Shown here piece by piece: positions 1 through 9,571 of a stretch of DNA of 64,000 nt. Source of the DNA: a virus (lineage: Duplodnaviria; Heunggongvirae; Uroviricota; Caudoviricetes); IMG/VR virus record IMGVR_UViG_3300028048_000103, positions 1 through 64,000 of that record. The stretch is one strand, 5' to 3'. A model generated the notes under the pieces. It did not search any database and was not told the DNA's origin. It worked only from the letters and a program-made list of their open reading frames with translations. Every line of letters starts with the position of its first letter. Positions within the stretch are counted from its first letter, which is position 1. A program made the position numbers and the translations under genes.

Positions 1-268
1 CCTCATGAATGCATTTAAATATAGAATGAGAATGGGCACTAAACCAGATAACTCAATACAACAAGACCTACAAAAAGAACAATGGTATCTTAATAAGGCT
101 AAACAACTTAAAGAAAAAGATAATAACTCTAACTAATTACTGAACCTACTTTTATATCAATATAAGGTACTCTTTTGAGTACCTTTTGCCTTTTTATAAC
201 CTCCTTTTTACCTTTTTGTACTATTTATTTCTATACATTTTAATAATATTTAAAACCATTCTTGAATA

Positions 269-685
269 ATGAAATCAAATAACAATTCAACACTCCTTCT
301 TAAATTTAAAATCTTCGTGGAATTCTTAATATCCTTCTGCGCTTTCTATTTTATCCTTAATAACCCTGTCTCAGTTTTTATGTCTTTCATTATTGGCTTC
401 TCTGCTATATTCGTCCTTATGCAAGCACTCGGTAATATTGATAAACTTAATGGCTATGGTAAATATAATAAATCTAATAACCAACAAAACTTTGAACCAC
501 ATCATGACTATAATGATTTCCACCAAGATACTATGGATGATACTACTAATATTACCCATGAAACTGAATTGGATGATGATACACAAAATGATATAGAAAA
601 TGATTTACCCGATATTAATGATAACTCAGACTTCCTTATTGATAATACTTCTGACTTCCACTCTATGGATGATATTATGGAATAA
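269..685 (+). CDS. hypothetical protein; hydrophobic N-terminus, strongly acidic Asp-rich C-terminus
   Basis: 138-aa ORF from the track. Two predicted TM-like segments followed by a D/E/N-rich tail. Followed by an imperfect hairpin plus T-run at 711-748. Confidence 0.4.
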   Translation: MKSNNNSTLLLKFKIFVEFLISFCAFYFILNNPVSVFMSFIIGFSAIFVLMQALGNIDKLNGYGKYNKSNNQQNFEPHHDYNDFHQDTMDDTTNITHETELDDDTQNDIENDLPDINDNSDFLIDNTSDFHSMDDIME

Positions 686-710
686 ATACTAAACTTAATA
701 AAATAAATTA

Positions 711-748
711 ACAGCCGAAAAGTATATTCTTTCCGACTGTTTTTTTTA
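711..748 (+). terminator. putative rho-independent terminator
   Basis: acagccgaaaag...ctttccgactgt forms an imperfect inverted repeat (about 10 of 12 bp) followed by tttttttt, directly after the stop of 269..685. Confidence 0.4.
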
Positions 749-1084
749 CTGTAGTGTCAAAAGGTAGAATTTCTACAATTTTACCTTAATATCATCTGAC
801 TTATGGAAAATTTTACTATATTACTATTTTTTATCTTAACTATCTAACTATCACATCATTATCACACTTTTTGCTATTTTTTCATACCCCATGAAAATGA
901 GCAAAATTTTGGATAACATTTTCATTATCAAACAATTAAATGTGGCGAAACTGTTTATTTTGTGGTAAACAACAGTCTATAATAGTATTAAAATTTCTCC
1001 AAAAAAATTTTTAAAAAAATTGGGAAAAATTAACACAAGACACTGTTTCTTTCACTATTTTTGTTATTATCTATGACAGAGAAA

Positions 1085-1471
1085 TTAATTTTTATGGGGT
1101 TTGTAATATTTCTCATAACTATCAGCCACAGCCTTATCTGAATATTGAAATTCGTATTTCAAACGCTTTTCAGAGACATGATAATTAACCAAATAAAGAC
1201 AAGCCTTTGTTCTAATCACTTGTAATTCTAAAATTTCATTAAGTAGCCTACCCTTTTCTTTTTTTACATTTTGTAATGCATAATACACTCCCATAGATGG
1301 AATAGCAGTAGTGTCATACTTTTCTATAGTCCTACATACTTCATCATAATTTTTATAAACATTAGCCAATCTATAACTTGCCTTATTATAAGTCTTAATA
1401 AGATTTTTCTTTTCCTCAGAATGACAAGAATTAAAAAACAAAGTAGCAATTGCTACAAAAACAAAAATCAT
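1085..1471 (-). CDS. putative lipoprotein
   Basis: 128-aa ORF. N-terminus MIFVFVAIATLFFNSC has a signal peptide plus a lipobox Cys. Confidence 0.5.
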   Translation of the reverse strand: MIFVFVAIATLFFNSCHSEEKKNLIKTYNKASYRLANVYKNYDEVCRTIEKYDTTAIPSMGVYYALQNVKKEKGRLLNEILELQVIRTKACLYLVNYHVSEKRLKYEFQYSDKAVADSYEKYYKPHKN

Positions 1472-1518
1472 TTTTTTTCATAATACAAAATATTTTAAAA
1501 TTTACATATTTAATTATC

Positions 1519-1538
1519 TTACAAATATCATGCCAAAA
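1519..1538 (-). promoter_or_regulatory. class I phage promoter-like motif (ttacaaatatcatgccaaaa on the + strand)
   Basis: One of 11 copies of the consensus cttacaaaaatc(a/g)tgccaaaa. Lies 25-50 nt upstream (minus sense) of the start of 1085..1471. Confidence 0.45.
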
Positions 1539-1655
1539 TAATGTTTCTTTTCTTATTTTTACACTATTTGTGACAGAAAAATTAATAATTATTTCTGTGT
1601 TATTTATTACGAAGAAATTTCCTCTATAACACATTATATATTATAGAGGAAATCA

Positions 1656-1871
1656 TCAAAATGAAAAAACACACCCAACAATTCCGGTTATTAGCATTGT
1701 GACCGAACATAATAAAATTATAATACTTAACCACATTTTTATAGTCATGACACTCTCCCAATATTTTTTTCTATATTCCTTAAAAATATATGAATTTGTA
1801 ATTATTTCGTCAATTAAATAACATAATGTTCCAACTATAAAAGCAATAGTAATAATTATAATGTAGACCAT
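1656..1871 (-). CDS. small membrane protein
   Basis: 71-aa ORF with two hydrophobic helices. Confidence 0.35.
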   Translation of the reverse strand: MVYIIIITIAFIVGTLCYLIDEIITNSYIFKEYRKKYWESVMTIKMWLSIIILLCSVTMLITGIVGCVFSF

Positions 1872-1882
1872 ATTTTATAATA

Positions 1883-2221
1883 TTATTTTGTTTTTTTGTA
1901 CATGTCAGTAGGCGCTTCAAGGGCAAGTTCTTTCTCAATCAAGTCACGATAGTCAAAATGATGGGCATTGAGCCAATCAATATCTTGCATTGTATATCGC
2001 AAAGTATCATAACCAAATTCAGTATACTCTTCCTCAGTCATAGAAGACATTGGACGGAGATAGGGTTTAATCTTTTCAATATCATCATAATAATTTGAAA
2101 GAATAAATGGAGTAAGTGTTAATTCCTTCCATTCTTCAACACTTGATACATCTACTTTAACTCCATACGGCAATCTTGCACAAAGGTCTTTCAATAAAAG
2201 TTGTTTTTCTTTTTGTGTCAT
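1883..2221 (-). CDS. family A paralog (MTQKEKQLLLKDLCARLPYGVK ... KPYLRPMSSMTEEE ... DWLNAHHFDYRDLIEKELALEAP)
   Basis: 112 aa. Shares conserved N- and C-terminal blocks with 2658..3035, 5256..5690, 6458..6871 and 6925..7602. Confidence 0.6.
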   Translation of the reverse strand: MTQKEKQLLLKDLCARLPYGVKVDVSSVEEWKELTLTPFILSNYYDDIEKIKPYLRPMSSMTEEEYTEFGYDTLRYTMQDIDWLNAHHFDYRDLIEKELALEAPTDMYKKTK

Positions 2222-2273
2222 ATCCTATTCAGTTTTTATACATACCTTCAGGTGCTTCCATACTGTTGCCAAA

Positions 2274-2654
2274 TTACCATTTATTAAAAATTCTTTCCCA
2301 CAAATTTCTATTTCTGAGACAGTTAATAGTTTTTTCGTGCTGCTCGGCAATATCCTTAAAGTTTTTAACCATCGCCGAGAGTCTATCTATCTCATTCTGC
2401 GCCTTTTTAAGACTTTCCTCCTTTGATATGATTGATAGACGGGGTATGTCAGAACAAATGTGGGAAATGCCTGTAAGGTTTTCGGTTGACAGATATATTT
2501 TGTATTCTATATAAGTTCCACGTTCCTCACAGTCTTTCTTCAATTCTTCCCTCGCTTTTTTAAGGTCTTCGCTATCCTTTACCAGTTCTTGATATTCATC
2601 CCAAGGAACAAACACTTTTTTCTGTTCTTTTTCTTCCATATATTTCTTTGACAT
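2274..2654 (-). CDS. hypothetical coiled-coil protein
   Basis: 126-aa ORF, K/E-rich and heptad-like. Tightly packed between two family A genes. Confidence 0.5.
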   Translation of the reverse strand: MSKKYMEEKEQKKVFVPWDEYQELVKDSEDLKKAREELKKDCEERGTYIEYKIYLSTENLTGISHICSDIPRLSIISKEESLKKAQNEIDRLSAMVKNFKDIAEQHEKTINCLRNRNLWERIFNKW

Positions 2655-2657
2655 AAT

Positions 2658-3035
2658 CTATTCAGTTTTATACATATCCTTTGGTGCTTCAAGGGCAAGA
2701 CCCATTAGAATTAAACCTCTCCAATCAAGGTGATGGCGGTGAAAGAAGTCAAATTGTTTAATATTCGCAATATATAAGGGAATAGGTGTTTTAATATACT
2801 TCCACGCATCAGTCTCATGAGGTCTTAGTCTGGATAGAGCTATACATTCTTTCTCAGTCATACTCGACATTGGACGGAGATATGGCTTGAATTCTTCATC
2901 CCTCCTTCGTGCAACACTTAATACAAACTCGTCAAGTACAATCGGAGCGATGACGCTTGGAAACCACATTTTTACCCCATAAGGTAACCTTGCACTGAGG
3001 TCTTTAATCAATAGTTGTTTTTCTTCTTGTGTCAT
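2658..3035 (-). CDS. family A paralog
   Basis: 125 aa. Carries MTQEEKQLLIKDLSARLPYGVK, KPYLRPMSSMTEKE and HHLDWRGLILMGLALEAPKDMYK. Confidence 0.6.
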   Translation of the reverse strand: MTQEEKQLLIKDLSARLPYGVKMWFPSVIAPIVLDEFVLSVARRRDEEFKPYLRPMSSMTEKECIALSRLRPHETDAWKYIKTPIPLYIANIKQFDFFHRHHLDWRGLILMGLALEAPKDMYKTE

Positions 3036-3250
3036 ATCTAAATCAAATTAAAAAGGGCGAAGGCCATCAATGCAAGGGAGATAAATTTGCCTAAAACCAT
3101 CCTTGCCACTCCGCCCTATGGTTCTACTTCTTTTTCTTATTAAGTAAATCAAACGACATTGCTCCAATAAATCCACAGATTAGAGCTGCTACTGGAATAA
3201 TCCAAAATGGAATTGTTATTGTCATATTACAATTATTTTAATTGTTTATT

Positions 3251-4348
3251 TTATTTACAAGAGTTACCATTAAAATACGAATCAAATTCTGTTCTAAACC
3301 AATATTGAATACCGTTACACAGTTCATTTACAGATTCTTCCATTTCATCATAGTCTTGGAAAGGGGCTTTGCTTCTCAACCAGAAAACACCGGTTGGATT
3401 GGTATCGGTTGAATCCACAAGTAACTCCCATTTTCCATCAGAATAATTATGCTCAACGCATCTTCCAAGTCGTGAGATTGTAATAACATCATCACAGTAA
3501 AACCATATAGAATACCTGTCCTTCAGATGTCCACAACAAGATTCAAATGTATCTATTGATGGGATGGAATTGAGAATATCACAAAGTTTAATACATTCCT
3601 TATCCATATTTCCATCATATTTTTTATCGCTTGGTTTCCAAGAAGGATGATACTTCTCTATATATCTCATTATTTTAGCCCAGTCATTCTCCTCGAAAGC
3701 CTTGTCTATATCCTTACATTCTCCATTTGATAGACTCATTTTTCCATCAGGTCTATTCTCGTCAAGGTAGTTCATAAATGCTATTGCAAGATGATGTTTA
3801 CCAAGTTTGTACGCTTCGTTTTTCTCTTTGTATATTTCATCTTTAGACTGAGGACGGAGGGATTTGAGTTTCTTCAGTATGTCATCTCTTGTAATGCCTA
3901 ATCTTTCTAATTCTTCATTGGGAATATAAGCCGTAAATCCCCAAAAAGTCTTCTCATCCTCTTCACTCCACTCATTAGAACAGAGTTTTGCTACATCCTC
4001 ATTCTTCTTTTTAAGATTTAGAGAAAGGGATTGGAGCCAGTTGATTTGCTCATTATATTTTTCAATGGTCTTGCCTGTTGTAGCGAAAGTATAATTTCTT
4101 TCAAACTCTATATCTTTGATAATACTCTGCCTTATCTTTTCATCTTCCTCGCTCCACTCTTGTTTTGGCAAATCATATTCGCCATCACGAATTGCTCTAA
4201 GAAGACCAATCTTTCCATCATAACCGCAGAATGATTTGGCGGCTTTTTCATAGTCATCTATTATAGAGTCTAACAATTTCGCCTCCTCCTCGCCCCACTC
4301 CCATGGCTTCTGTTCTTTCTGCTGCTTTATGTAATTTTTATTTTCCAT
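3251..4348 (-). CDS. WSEEDE-motif protein (family B)
   Basis: 365 aa. Contains PKQEWSEEDEKIRQSIIKDIEFERNYTFATTGKTIEKYNEQINWL and a second NEWSEEDEK. About 70 aa are near-identical to 14504..15859. Confidence 0.6.
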   Translation of the reverse strand: MENKNYIKQQKEQKPWEWGEEEAKLLDSIIDDYEKAAKSFCGYDGKIGLLRAIRDGEYDLPKQEWSEEDEKIRQSIIKDIEFERNYTFATTGKTIEKYNEQINWLQSLSLNLKKKNEDVAKLCSNEWSEEDEKTFWGFTAYIPNEELERLGITRDDILKKLKSLRPQSKDEIYKEKNEAYKLGKHHLAIAFMNYLDENRPDGKMSLSNGECKDIDKAFEENDWAKIMRYIEKYHPSWKPSDKKYDGNMDKECIKLCDILNSIPSIDTFESCCGHLKDRYSIWFYCDDVITISRLGRCVEHNYSDGKWELLVDSTDTNPTGVFWLRSKAPFQDYDEMEESVNELCNGIQYWFRTEFDSYFNGNSCK

Positions 4349-4372
4349 ATTAAATTAATTTTTATTAATATA

Positions 4373-4394
4373 CTTACAAAAATCGTGCCAAAAA
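4373..4394 (-). promoter_or_regulatory. class I promoter-like motif
   Basis: cttacaaaaatcgtgccaaaaa, about 25 nt upstream (minus sense) of the ATG at 4348. Confidence 0.45.
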
Positions 4395-4616
4395 CCCTTA
4401 TTTTATTTTACATATATTTAGAAAATGTAGAACCATATTTACGGGTAGTGACATTAAGTTTATTTTTATTTTTCCATAATGTTTTTTCATATAGGTATCG
4501 TATCATGTTTTTCCTTTCAACCTGTTGTGTTCTACCATTAAAAATGATTTCAGGTAGGGTACACAAAGAGGGGGAATCAATATTTTTCATAGACATTATG
4601 TTTATGGAGTATAATA

Positions 4617-5228
4617 TTATTTATTATTTATGTAATCAATTATATCTTGTTCGAGTTTATTTTCATCTGTAATATAGTTTACGATTGTTTTCAGTTCATC
4701 ATTGTTAATTGTTTTAATTTTATCTTGTGGTTCAACGACATAACGAACATCATATTTTGGGTTTCTTGCTTCAAACACTGTAAAGGTATAGTAACCGTGT
4801 TTTTCTTGTTTCAGGAGTCTAAGTATTCCTTGACCATAGCCATTGGCATCTTTATATTTATCATCGCAAAAGTAGCAATATTGTGCATCTTCTTTCAACG
4901 TTAATATAAATGGAAGAAAATCATCCTTTGTATATTTTTCTTTTATTGGTAAGGGTATGAGGATTGGTTTATAAAAGTTAAAGTATTTCTCGTCCACATA
5001 TTTATCACCAATGGTTGTTTTAATTTCCTTATCAAGCCATGAATTATTTTTAAGGTAGAAGAGGTTTTCATTACCATCGCATTGTGTAAACAAATCGTCA
5101 AAAATATATTCATCATTATTTTTCTTATTTTCATTTAATGATTCTTTTCCAATAATTGGGAGTGATGATGCTGCTATTGCTGTTGTAGCGCCAAACAATT
5201 TTTTTAAAAAGTTTCTTCTATTTTCCAT
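4617..5228 (-). CDS. hypothetical exported protein with twin-arginine (Tat)-like signal peptide
   Basis: 203 aa. N-terminus MENRRNFLKKLFGATTAIAASSLPIIG matches the S/T-RRxFLK motif followed by an A-rich hydrophobic region and an AxA-like site. Confidence 0.5.
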   Translation of the reverse strand: MENRRNFLKKLFGATTAIAASSLPIIGKESLNENKKNNDEYIFDDLFTQCDGNENLFYLKNNSWLDKEIKTTIGDKYVDEKYFNFYKPILIPLPIKEKYTKDDFLPFILTLKEDAQYCYFCDDKYKDANGYGQGILRLLKQEKHGYYTFTVFEARNPKYDVRYVVEPQDKIKTINNDELKTIVNYITDENKLEQDIIDYINNK

Positions 5229-5255
5229 AATATTGTTGTATTTTTATATTTTATT

Positions 5256-5690
5256 TTAATTAATTTTATACATATCCTCTGGTGCTTTAATGGCAAGTCC
5301 TTTTTCAATTAATCCACGATAGTCAAAATGATGAGCGTTTAGCCAATCCATTTGCTCAAGACTTAATATACATGTCGATTTCTTTTCTCCAATCCTCAGA
5401 ATACTGTCACTTATCTGTATAAACTCAAATGTTTCTTCCTCAGTCATAGAAGACAGCGGACGGAGATAAGGTTTTAATACAATATTATCATTGAGAAAAT
5501 CATTGATGATATCAGTATTAAGTGTTTTTTTTAGTGTAATGTCGCACACTTGATTAACAGGCATGCTTATGCCGTTATCCATTGGTTTCAGTTCCCTGAC
5601 TACACCTTTTTTGGTAACCCTGCATTTTACCTTATAAGGCAATCTTGCACTAAGGTCTTTTAATAATAGTTGTTTTTCTTCTTGTGTCAT
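5256..5690 (-). CDS. family A paralog
   Basis: 144 aa. Same terminal blocks (MTQEEKQLLLKDLSARLPYKVK ... KPYLRPLSSMTEEE ... DWLNAHHFDYRGLIEKGLAIKAPEDMYK) with a divergent middle. Confidence 0.6.
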   Translation of the reverse strand: MTQEEKQLLLKDLSARLPYKVKCRVTKKGVVRELKPMDNGISMPVNQVCDITLKKTLNTDIINDFLNDNIVLKPYLRPLSSMTEEETFEFIQISDSILRIGEKKSTCILSLEQMDWLNAHHFDYRGLIEKGLAIKAPEDMYKIN

Positions 5691-5691
5691 A

Positions 5692-6081
5692 TTAAATCAA
5701 ATTTTTTAAGCAATACTTAATAGCTTCTTCGCAGGCTTCTTCGTAAGTATTATTGTGAGATTCCCTATCACAGCCTTTTGGTGCCCCGTCCTCATAGCTA
5801 TACCACACATAACTCATGTCTATATGTTGCTGTATTGATATAAAGATTTTATGTACTTCTCTCAGCCACTTCATTGCCATTTGGATGGTTGGTGCATCAA
5901 GGTATCTTTCAGGATATCTTGACCTGTCTGTAATATTATATTCACTGACAATTTTATCTAAATTATATTGCTTATCAGTATTCCAATTAAATCCCTTTTC
6001 CTTCAAGAGTTTTGCTGTTTCAAAGCTGACGTAATCTTCAGTAATCATATTATTTTGCATAAAAATTCCAAAAAGGTTCAA
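5692..6081 (-). CDS. hypothetical protein
   Basis: 129-aa ORF. Overlaps the next ORF by about 30 nt. Confidence 0.45.
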   Translation of the reverse strand: MNLFGIFMQNNMITEDYVSFETAKLLKEKGFNWNTDKQYNLDKIVSEYNITDRSRYPERYLDAPTIQMAMKWLREVHKIFISIQQHIDMSYVWYSYEDGAPKGCDRESHNNTYEEACEEAIKYCLKNLI

Positions 6082-6439
6082 TACTTACAATACCATAAAA
6101 CGGACGTTTTATACCATCCTTTTCGTCAGAAAAGTTTTGTGTAATGACTTTCATGAGGAACCCTTTTCCGGTACTGCCATCGCACCAATCATAGGGATTT
6201 TCTCCGTAATCCTGCTTATTCAGGTGCTGCTTCACTATCTCGGAGACAATATGCACATCGAAATCAAAAGGGAATGGTTTCCATCCGTCTTCTACCGTCC
6301 ATCCAAGACAATATTTACCATCCTTTGAAATTTGATAGGACTCACACTTGCCACCGGACATACTAATGGCAAATTCAATAGCCTTTTCGAGTTGACCCAT
6401 ATCACCTGATACCTCAAATATCTGTTTACTTGAAAACAT
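6050..6439 (-). CDS. hypothetical protein
   Basis: 129-aa ORF. Confidence 0.45.
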   Translation of the reverse strand: MFSSKQIFEVSGDMGQLEKAIEFAISMSGGKCESYQISKDGKYCLGWTVEDGWKPFPFDFDVHIVSEIVKQHLNKQDYGENPYDWCDGSTGKGFLMKVITQNFSDEKDGIKRPFYGIVSIEPFWNFYAK

Positions 6440-6457
6440 AATTGTTGAATTTTAGTT

Positions 6458-6871
6458 TTAGTTTTTATTATACATTCCTTCAGGTGCTTCAAAAGCAAGA
6501 CCTTTTTCAATGAGTCCACGATAGTCAAAGTGATGTTCATTTAACCAATCCATTTCTTCATATACTTCACACTCACCATCAGCAATCAAAATGGAAAGGC
6601 TATTATAGTACTTTCTCTCTTCCTCAGTCATAGAAGACATTGGACGAAGATATGGAAGATAGGTTAGTATATAACCACTACCCTCTTCTTCTTTAATATC
6701 TCCGTGAAACCGAATATACCCATCAGAGTTTATATCATCTAATATCATTGGTACTGGATATTCACAACCTTTGTCTTCATCCCAATAGAGGTATTTTACT
6801 TTTAGTCCATATGGTAACCTTGCACAAAGGTCTTTCAATAAAAGTTGTTTTTCTTCTTCTTGTGTCATCAT
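6458..6871 (-). CDS. family A paralog
   Basis: 137 aa. Carries MMTQEEEKQLLLKDLCARLPYGLK ... LPYLRPMSSMTEEE ... DWLNEHHFDYRGLIEKGLAFEAPEGMYNK. Confidence 0.6.
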   Translation of the reverse strand: MMTQEEEKQLLLKDLCARLPYGLKVKYLYWDEDKGCEYPVPMILDDINSDGYIRFHGDIKEEEGSGYILTYLPYLRPMSSMTEEERKYYNSLSILIADGECEVYEEMDWLNEHHFDYRGLIEKGLAFEAPEGMYNKN

Positions 6872-6894
6872 AATTAATAATATTTTCTTGTTTA

Positions 6895-6917
6895 CTTACA
6901 AAAATTATGCCAAAACA
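6895..6917 (-). promoter_or_regulatory. class I promoter-like motif
   Basis: cttacaaaaattatgccaaaaca, upstream (minus sense) of the start at 6871. Confidence 0.45.
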
Positions 6918-6924
6918 ATTTATT

Positions 6925-7602
6925 TTACATCAGTTTATTCAAATATTTAATAAATTCTTCTATGATATAGTTTGACATATCATCAGGATGGGTAAACCCT
7001 TTTTTAGTGAGTTCATTTTTAAGTTCAGAATTTGTCCACAGTCCCCATTCATTTCTAATCCATCTTCCAAGTGAGTTGTGCATAGAGATTGCACCGTTTT
7101 CGATAAGATATTGTTTATCTTCTTTTGAAATTATTTTGGCAAGGGTAGACATTGCTTCATCAACTGTTTTAGGGACAGGGGTTTCATTTTCTACTTCAGT
7201 TTTATACATATTATCAGGTGCTTCCAATGCAAGTTTTTTTTCAATTAAACCTCTAAAATCAAAATGATGTGCATTGAGCCAATCAAGCCCCTTTTCGCTA
7301 AACAACATTGAACCATCTGATGCGTCATAAATAAAGGATAATCTTTCAAATTCAATCCTCTCTTCTTCTGTCATGCTTGACATTGGACGGAGATAAGGAC
7401 GATAATTCCAAATATCATATATATGTCCAATAGCCACACTATTAGATTTTGGGTATATCTGATTGGTGGATAATTGCATCGTATAGATATTGAAATCTGT
7501 CGGAACAAGTATCAAATCGGAATTTTCAAATCCTAATTTTACTCCATACGGCAACCTTGCACAAAGGTCTTTAAGTAGTAGTTGTTTTTCTTTCTCTGTC
7601 AT
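6925..7602 (-). CDS. family A paralog with about 90-aa C-terminal extension
   Basis: 225 aa. Carries MTEKEKQLLLKDLCARLPYGVK ... RPYLRPMSSMTEEE ... DWLNAHHFDFRGLIEKKLALEAPDNMYK plus an extra C-terminal domain. Its ATG overlaps the stop of an upstream small ORF as ATGA. Confidence 0.6.
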   Translation of the reverse strand: MTEKEKQLLLKDLCARLPYGVKLGFENSDLILVPTDFNIYTMQLSTNQIYPKSNSVAIGHIYDIWNYRPYLRPMSSMTEEERIEFERLSFIYDASDGSMLFSEKGLDWLNAHHFDFRGLIEKKLALEAPDNMYKTEVENETPVPKTVDEAMSTLAKIISKEDKQYLIENGAISMHNSLGRWIRNEWGLWTNSELKNELTKKGFTHPDDMSNYIIEEFIKYLNKLM

Positions 7603-7760
7603 AACTCTGATATTTTTTCAATAAATTCATCAAGCATCTCTATTTTGTCTTTGTTCGGATTGCCGGACATAATAGTACGCATAGTAAGAGGATACCAATC
7701 AAATTCTTTCTTTTTCTTTTTACACCAGTTAATTAAAACCCGTTTTTCTTCCTGTGTCAT
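7599..7760 (-). CDS. small ORF with family A N-terminus only (MTQEEKRVLINWCKKKKKEFDWYPL...)
   Basis: About 53 aa; not in the track because it is under 60 aa. ATGA overlaps on both sides join it to 7757..8035 and 6925..7602. It begins MTQEEK like the family A members. Confidence 0.3.
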   Translation of the reverse strand: MTQEEKRVLINWCKKKKKEFDWYPLTMRTIMSGNPNKDKIEMLDEFIEKISEL

Positions 7761-8035
7761 AATGAGTTTAACTTTGCAATCAATACTTTATAAGCGTCAA
7801 TTCTCCCCATAGTAGAGGCTTTCATATAACTTGGACCATCATATTTGGCGAGTTCCTCTTCTTGGCATTTAAGAACAAACTTTGCCCATTCTATCAGAGT
7901 ATCCTTGTGGATGTATTCTTTCCACCCTTCAACATGGTCAATGACTTTTCCTTCAAACCATTCATCACTAAGATGTGTGTCTATTCCATCATAATTTGGA
8001 TAAAATGGTATGTAAATTTTATCTGGTGTTATCAT
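7757..8035 (-). CDS. hypothetical protein
   Basis: 92-aa ORF. Confidence 0.45.
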   Translation of the reverse strand: MITPDKIYIPFYPNYDGIDTHLSDEWFEGKVIDHVEGWKEYIHKDTLIEWAKFVLKCQEEELAKYDGPSYMKASTMGRIDAYKVLIAKLNSL

Positions 8036-8056
8036 ATCTAAATTAAAAATTTTAAA

Positions 8057-8227
8057 TTATTTTCTTAATATGTAATACAGGGGTATAGTAATAAGCCATA
8101 TAAATGATAAGAATAAATCCTTTATCCATCCTTTCCAAGAGTCATCATATGGTTTAAACGTACAATAGGCAATAAAAAAACCTACCCAATAAATTAATGA
8201 TATAATTATTGCAATTACAGTTATCAT
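8057..8227 (-). CDS. small membrane protein (about 57 aa)
   Basis: Hand-translated as MITVIAIIISLIYWVGFFIAYCTF...; not in the track. A promoter-like motif lies just upstream. Confidence 0.25.
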   Translation of the reverse strand: MITVIAIIISLIYWVGFFIAYCTFKPYDDSWKGWIKDLFLSFIWLITIPLYYILRK

Positions 8228-8264
8228 ATCTATTCAGTTTTGTTATGTTTTAACTTATACAAAT

Positions 8265-8288
8265 ATACAAATAAAAAAGTTAAATAAA
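8265..8288 (-). promoter_or_regulatory. class II (Bacteroides-type -7 box) promoter-like motif
   Basis: The + strand reads cttatacaaatatacaaataaaaaa. The reverse complement contains TATATTTG, matching TAnnTTTG. Confidence 0.35.
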
Positions 8289-8508
8289 AAAAAATATTAT
8301 ATTTTTATTTTATATAGGGATGGTGTTTAAGTTTCATTCTAATGATATCGAGTTTTGCTTTTTCCTGTGGGGACAAAGATGTATTTGTAACTATTGCCTT
8401 ATTTAAAAGTGTGATATCCTCATTGGTAGGTTTCCAATAATATTCTTTTTGTTGGCATTCATTTGTTTTTTCTTCCATACTCATAATGTTTATTTTATGA
8501 TTCAGTAA

Positions 8509-9000
8509 TTAAAATATTCTACGCATATTATCATTTAGTGGTTGGTACATCATATTATGAGAGGGTTCTATTATTTTTTCATAGACAATAGATTCTGAGG
8601 CAATGCCTTCATAAAGTGTATCGAAGTAGCCTTCTACATAATGAGTTCCTTGTGGTATAGCACATAGGGCGATTACATAATTTATGAAATTAGATGTGTT
8701 ATTATATTGTAACTTAGATTTCAGTTTACAAGCATCTTCAATATTTTTACATGAATGAAAAACGCCTATAGATATTGGATATCCATAACCTTTGACATAT
8801 GCTAATACATGATGATTAATTGCTTTTTGAAAATTTAGCAGCATATCATTATTAGATGAATAGATTTCATTTAGATTAATATTCATATGAGCATATGGTG
8901 TACGATAATCACCATATGGATTTTTTTCAAGCACTTTATATACAGTCAAATTTTCTTCAGTTGTTTTAACTGTTAATGGGCAGTTAACAAAAAGGCACAT
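8509..9000 (-). CDS. hypothetical protein
   Basis: 163-aa ORF. Confidence 0.45.
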   Translation of the reverse strand: MCLFVNCPLTVKTTEENLTVYKVLEKNPYGDYRTPYAHMNINLNEIYSSNNDMLLNFQKAINHHVLAYVKGYGYPISIGVFHSCKNIEDACKLKSKLQYNNTSNFINYVIALCAIPQGTHYVEGYFDTLYEGIASESIVYEKIIEPSHNMMYQPLNDNMRRIF

Positions 9001-9003
9001 AAA

Positions 9004-9222
9004 TTAGATTTTATTATAATAGTTACACCAGTTATCGCATTGTTCTTTTGAGTAAAAGGCGTTATTAAGGAAATTCATCAAATCTTGTGCGTTTGAGAAG
9101 CATGAGAGTATACCGAAAAAGGAATACGGTATGGACTGATAGATACCATTATTATTCTTTAGTGGATAATAAATTGTGAAATCATTAGATTCCTTACTAA
9201 AATCAATAATCATAACAAACAA
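9004..9222 (-). CDS. hypothetical protein
   Basis: 72-aa ORF directly abutting 8509..9000. Confidence 0.35.
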   Translation of the reverse strand: MFVMIIDFSKESNDFTIYYPLKNNNGIYQSIPYSFFGILSCFSNAQDLMNFLNNAFYSKEQCDNWCNYYNKI

Positions 9223-9366
9223 AAATTAAACATTAATATAATATGCAAAAACTGTACCAAAGTTTTTAATTTTTAAAAATATACAAAAAAAAAAATAAAT
9301 AAAAAAACTTGATTCTTTTTTGTATATATAGAATCAAGTCAGTGGGATTATATTATAATATTTTTT

Positions 9367-9564
9367 TTAGATATAGTGATATTTTATATAGTTAATATCA
9401 GGTTGAATACTATCTATTTTAATTTTATTTTGTTGAAGTAGTTTATATTCCGCAGGGAAATTTTGTTTCAGATATTTGATATTTTGTGTATCTATTGGTT
9501 GATATAATGGAGGCGAACAGCCATTAATTAATAATAATGGTATTAGTAGCAATAATTTTTTCAT
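9367..9564 (-). CDS. small lipoprotein
   Basis: 65 aa. MKKLLLLIPLLLINGCSPP has a lipobox. Confidence 0.45.
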   Translation of the reverse strand: MKKLLLLIPLLLINGCSPPLYQPIDTQNIKYLKQNFPAEYKLLQQNKIKIDSIQPDINYIKYHYI

Positions 9565-9571
9565 GTGTTTA

